Source: a virus
Taxonomy: Duplodnaviria; Caudoviricetes
DNA: 64,000 nt
Direction: 5' to 3' (one strand)
IMG/VR virus record: IMGVR_UViG_3300020577_012390
Span: 1-64,000 of that record
Every line of letters begins with the position of its first letter. Positions within the stretch are counted from its first letter, which is position 1. Of the stretch, positions 60,135 through 64,000 are shown one piece after another. The position numbers and the translations under genes were made by a program. The notes below the pieces were generated by a model, which saw only the letters and a program-made list of their open reading frames with translations, searched no databases and had not been told where the DNA came from.

Positions 60135-60596
60135 ATGATCCACAAGTTCAACTCCTCCTTCTTCGCCACCCGCGTCCAGCGGACCCTCGCCCTCATCGCG
60201 GGGCTCTTCAACCTCGACCTGAACCTGAAGAACGCCCGCAACGTCAAGATCACCATCGAGACGCGCGACGGCCAGGGGATGTACTGCCAGGTCGACTCCG
60301 ACGATGGGTGCGCGCGGTCCACCCCCGACTTCGCGCCGGCTGTCCCCGTCACCTGGACCCCGGGGGCGCTCACGGCGGGCGTGAAGAGCGACTTCTCCGT
60401 CAGCAACGCCGCGGGGGACCGTCTGGTGGCCCGCCTCGTCACCCCCGGAGGCAACCCGGCGGACTACTACGTGGCGACCCGCGTGGACAACAGCAACGTG
60501 GCGGTGACCGCCTACAAGCGGACCTCCCCCGGCGCGGCTGCTGTCGTCGAGACCGGGGACACCTCGACGGTCGAGGTCGCGAACCTCAAGCAGTTA
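60135..60596 (+). CDS. Putative virion decoration protein, paralogue; ends at TTA
   Basis: TRVDNSNV...DTSTVEVANL; TTA 60594-60596. Confidence 0.55.
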
Positions 60597-60614
60597 TTCA
60601 GAAGGCCAAAAACG

Positions 60615-60893
60615 ATGAAACTCCTCAAAAGCCAGGGCGTCTCGGTGACCACTTCCGCTGCGGCGGCGTGTGCAGCTTCGGACGTCCAGGCGGACACGAA
60701 GAGCGTGGTCGTGCAGGCCAACCCCTCGAACACCGCCGTCATCTACATCGTCAACGCCTCTTCGGTGGCGAAGACCGAGGGGATCATCGTCGCGGCCGGC
60801 GCGTCGGTCACCCTGGACGTCGCGGACCCCTCCGCGCTGTTCTTGATCTCGGACAGCGGAACCCAGAACGCGCGTATCGCCCAGCTCGGTTGA
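60615..60893 (+). CDS. Small beta-rich putative virion protein
   Basis: VVVQANPSNTAVIYIV; fused to the previous gene under the standard code. Confidence 0.6.
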   Translation: MKLLKSQGVSVTTSAAAACAASDVQADTKSVVVQANPSNTAVIYIVNASSVAKTEGIIVAAGASVTLDVADPSALFLISDSGTQNARIAQLG

Positions 60894-60900
60894 GGTTATT

Positions 60901-62310
60901 ATGGCCCCCAGAATCCTTCGTCCCGGTAGCAAAGACATCCTGGTTTCCGGTCGTCAGCGCAGGATCGAGATACCGAATGGGGGTTCTTGGGGCCTGAATA
61001 ACCTCCCCTCTGGGGTCCTGGTGTTCGCGCACGAACTCAGGACAGCGAACGATATCGGAGGGGTGGCGGACGGAGCCCGGGTTTCCACCTGGACGGACAG
61101 GGGACCGGCGAACGACCCGCTGACTTCCACCCTCACGAATCGACCGATTTACAGGGCGCCATTTTTCAACGGGCGGCCCATCCTCGAATTTGACGCTGAT
61201 CTGGAAGATCGATTCATGGTCGGTCTGGTGAACAGGTCGATCACGCATCTGGTTGCGATAGCGAAAGTCAGAAAGCCAAATACGAATCTGGGGAACACGA
61301 CCATCCCCGCTATTTTCGACAACTATCGAGGTCTAGCCGGCCTGAACGGGTACGACGGGGCCGCCCCTTTGGGCCATGCGAGTTTGATTTTGACCGGGGA
61401 AAGCGGCCTTTCTCGGTTTTCCAATATCTATTCGGTGAGCACCTACCGGAAGGACGGGGTGGACGGGTCCCCTTCGGCCATGGATGCGAACGTCGAACGG
61501 ATGACCCACCGATACCAGGTGAGCCGGTCCTTGTTCGATGGGTATCCTCTTGTTATTGGCCGAGACAGAAACGTTGCGGGGGCTGCTTTTCGGTGGCGCG
61601 GGTCTGCTCAGGCGTTCTTCGGACTCAACGCGCCTTCAGCGGGGGACCTGGCGAACCTGGAGGCGTACACGGCCTGGTACAGTAGGGGCGACATCTGTTG
61701 CTTCACCGGGGACTCCCTGGCGTTCTCCTACGGGGTGAACGGGAACGAGAGCATAAGCGCGTTGCTGGATGCGGCGTGGAACGGGACAATTGACGTCCCC
61801 AATTACGCTATACCTGGTCAGGGTGTTGGTCACAGCAACTCGGGCGTTTTCACCACGATGATTGCCGATGATCCGGCGAAAATCGGTTCGCTGCCACGCG
61901 GTCGACCTCACGCGGCTCTATTCATTATCGCCGGAACAAATGACCTGGCGAACGGGGACTCCGCGGCCACCGTCGAGGCGAACATCTGGACCTACGTGGA
62001 TGCCCGCGTGGCGGAAGGGTGGACCGTCTACGTCTGCACCGTCATCGATAGGACGGATGCGGCGGTCTCCGCGGGGCAGGCGGCGTTCGATGCGAAGAGG
62101 GCCACCCTGAACACAGGTCTCCGGACGAACGCGGCGGCTCACCGGGCGACGATCATCGACCTCGCGGCGGACGCTCGGCTGGGGGCGAACGGGGCGTCCG
62201 CCGGCCTTACCTGGTTCCAGTCGGATAAAGTGCATTTGAAGGCGGTGACTTACAGCACGATCATCTACCCCCTGGTCAAGACTGCCGTAGAGACCCTTTT
62301 CGCGGCGTGA
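60901..62310 (+). CDS. Lectin/LamG-like domain plus SGNH/GDSL esterase
   Basis: DGARVSTWTD...FNGRPILEFD; FTGDSLA (block I), IIAGTNDL (block III), DKVH (block V). Confidence 0.75.
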   Translation: MAPRILRPGSKDILVSGRQRRIEIPNGGSWGLNNLPSGVLVFAHELRTANDIGGVADGARVSTWTDRGPANDPLTSTLTNRPIYRAPFFNGRPILEFDADLEDRFMVGLVNRSITHLVAIAKVRKPNTNLGNTTIPAIFDNYRGLAGLNGYDGAAPLGHASLILTGESGLSRFSNIYSVSTYRKDGVDGSPSAMDANVERMTHRYQVSRSLFDGYPLVIGRDRNVAGAAFRWRGSAQAFFGLNAPSAGDLANLEAYTAWYSRGDICCFTGDSLAFSYGVNGNESISALLDAAWNGTIDVPNYAIPGQGVGHSNSGVFTTMIADDPAKIGSLPRGRPHAALFIIAGTNDLANGDSAATVEANIWTYVDARVAEGWTVYVCTVIDRTDAAVSAGQAAFDAKRATLNTGLRTNAAAHRATIIDLAADARLGANGASAGLTWFQSDKVHLKAVTYSTIIYPLVKTAVETLFAA

Positions 62311-62359
62311 TATGGTGTAGAAGCAGGCCGGACAACAAAGATCGGACGGAGATAAACAA

Positions 62360-64000
62360 GTGCCTCTTTCATTCTTCACGAACGCGGGGAACTCGTACGG
62401 CAGCCAGGTCCCTTTCCAGAGGATCGTAGAACCCGCTCAGCTCGGGATGTTTTTGAATTTGGAGCAGGCGGAACTCCTCCGAATCCAGCGTTATAACGAA
62501 GGTTGGCGCTTCTATTTCGGTAAACAGTGGCTCTTCAAGAGGGAGGACGGGGAGCCGTTGGTCACGCGGAACTACTTCCGCAAGATCATCGACAAGTGCG
62601 CCGCCTTCCTGGCGGGGAAGGGGTTCAACATCCAGACCCCCGAGGTGCTGGAAGAGATCACCCTGCCGTTCCTGAACGAGGTATGGAAATCAAACCGCAA
62701 AAAACAGTTCGCGTGGGACGCCGCCCTGATGGGAGGGGTGACCGGAGACGTTTTTGCGCTGGTGACTTTCGAGACCCCGACCCCCATGCAAAGGCAGATC
62801 AACCCCTACACCCAGGGTCAGATCCGCGTGCAGCTCCTCGGGTCGGAGCAGGTCTATCCCACCTGGGACCCCCTCAACGTCCAGAACCTCCTGGCCGTCC
62901 GGATCGAGACCATCTTCTACGCGGACAGGGGTATGCACACCCTCGACCGTGACGACCGGACGAACCACCAGGGGCGGCAGCTCCAGACGAAGAGGTTCAC
63001 ACAGATTATCACGCCTTCTCAAATCGTTGAGCAGGCCCACGGGGAGATGCCAGTCATCAAACCGAACACCCTGGGGGAAATCCCGCTCGTTCATATCGCG
63101 AATATGAGCGTGCCAAAAGAGTATTATGGTCTCCCCGATGGTCAGGACCTCATTGATCTCCAGCGCGAGCTGAACGAGAAGAGCACCGACGTCTCAGACA
63201 TCATCAACTATCACGCCTCCCCGGTGACCATCATCTTCGGGGCGAAGGCGAAGCAGCTCGAACGCGGACCCCGACAGATTTGGAGCGGCCTCCCCCCCGA
63301 CGCGAAGGTCCAGAACCTCGCCCTGGATGGGGACCTGAACGCCTCTGTAGGGTATATCGACTCCGTCAAAAAGACTATGCACGACCTGAGCGACGTCCCC
63401 GCGACGGCGCTGGGTGACGAGTCCCCGATCTCGAACACCTCCGGGGTGGCGCTGCACATGCGGTTCCAACCCCTCGTCGAGCGGACGGAGCGCAAGAAGG
63501 ACCAGTACGAACCTGGAATTGAGCAGATCAATTACTTCATCCTGCGCATCGGCGTCGTGATGGGGATGCTCAACATCCCGTTCGACCTCTGCTCGAACTG
63601 CGGGGGGCGGATCGTCGAGATCGACACCGGGAAGATGCGCCGGGTCTGGAATCCGGAAAGTCAACGCTACGATATCGTTCCGATGAAGGCGAAGCGTTGC
63701 TACCATGTGAACAAGGAAACGCTGGAATTTGAAGATCCCGAAAAGATGCGGATCACGTTCTGGCGCCAGTACGGGTTCGGGAAGCAGCTCCGCGAGGCGC
63801 CCCTCGACCAGATCGAGCGCGAACTCAAGGAGGGGAAGCCGTCTTTTTGGGACTACACAGTCATCAAGAAGCAGCTTCAGGAAAAACATCGCGCTGAAAA
63901 TCCTCCACCGGAACCGGAGGAGAAGGCGCCCGAGGTCCAGATGGAGGCGGATCTGGCGGAAGCTCGCCGTCCGCCTCCCGAGGAGCCCGAGAAGGACTCC
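62360..64000 (+). CDS. Portal protein (SPP1 gp6-like), 3'-truncated
   Basis: GTG start, frame open to window end (absent from the ORF track); NYFRKIIDKCAAFLAG, GVTGD, GEIPLVHIAN, LQRELNEKSTDVSDII, NTSGVALHMRFQPL. Confidence 0.8.
   Translation, partial: MPLSFFTNAGNSYGSQVPFQRIVEPAQLGMFLNLEQAELLRIQRYNEGWRFYFGKQWLFKREDGEPLVTRNYFRKIIDKCAAFLAGKGFNIQTPEVLEEITLPFLNEVWKSNRKKQFAWDAALMGGVTGDVFALVTFETPTPMQRQINPYTQGQIRVQLLGSEQVYPTWDPLNVQNLLAVRIETIFYADRGMHTLDRDDRTNHQGRQLQTKRFTQIITPSQIVEQAHGEMPVIKPNTLGEIPLVHIANMSVPKEYYGLPDGQDLIDLQRELNEKSTDVSDIINYHASPVTIIFGAKAKQLERGPRQIWSGLPPDAKVQNLALDGDLNASVGYIDSVKKTMHDLSDVPATALGDESPISNTSGVALHMRFQPLVERTERKKDQYEPGIEQINYFILRIGVVMGMLNIPFDLCSNCGGRIVEIDTGKMRRVWNPESQRYDIVPMKAKRCYHVNKETLEFEDPEKMRITFWRQYGFGKQLREAPLDQIERELKEGKPSFWDYTVIKKQLQEKHRAENPPPEPEEKAPEVQMEADLAEARRPPPEEPEKDS

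Noticed and set aside
63580-63900. Intein in the portal
   Set aside because: No Hint-domain block A (C-x-x-x-x-T) or C-terminal HN-C/S/T motif seen
1-64000. TCA, CTA, GTA or ATA as additional stop codons
   Set aside because: All occur in frame inside credible genes (TCA at 1153 and in the tail fibre; CTA inside the tail fibre and DnaB; ATA and GTA inside the TGT-fold gene)
1-64000. Stop-to-sense recoding of TAG or TGA
   Set aside because: Conserved genes are uninterrupted, and TGA/TAG end genes with normal ATGA and TGATG coupling
1-64000. TTA simply rare because of high GC (bldA-like rare codon)
   Set aside because: Rarity explains absence inside genes but not 33 of 33 in-frame copies at gene ends, 8 TTATG overlaps and 4 resolved fusions
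1-64000. TTA sites as systematic base-calling errors of TAA/TGA, e.g. caused by modified bases
   Set aside because: No frameshifts or other error signature in long genes and many TAA/TGA stops are intact; cannot be fully excluded without raw reads, so this is kept as a check on the main finding

Overview
Part of a large, GC-rich (about 65% GC by eye) double-stranded DNA tailed phage genome. In order along the window: baseplate and tail-fibre genes (1-5.9 kb); a replication/recombination module with SF2 helicase, DnaC-like loader, DnaB, primase, SSB, PolA, RecA and PD-(D/E)XK nucleases (6-22.6 kb); accessory genes including 7-deazaguanine synthesis (queD, queE, folE, a TGT/DpdA-like gene), histone-like proteins and HNH-family genes (22.6-40.5 kb); a 1.2 kb non-coding palindrome-rich region; putative early genes; a short minus-strand block with a GH25 endolysin; queC x2 and queF; large terminase; small virion-type genes; and a 3'-truncated portal. 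Main result: the Leu codon TTA behaves as a fourth stop codon. I found 33 in-frame TTA codons in credible genes and all lie where the gene should end. Eight overlap the next ATG (TTATG), four split apparent fusions (QueF/terminase, hypothetical/QueD, hypothetical/GH25 lysin, one virion-gene pair), and I found none inside any coding region by manual frame-checking. TAA, TAG and TGA are still used as stops. CDS coordinates below end at TTA where this applies, so they differ from the supplied ORF track. All product names come from recognised motifs, not database searches. No tRNA, rRNA, CRISPR array, integrase or release factor was recognised.
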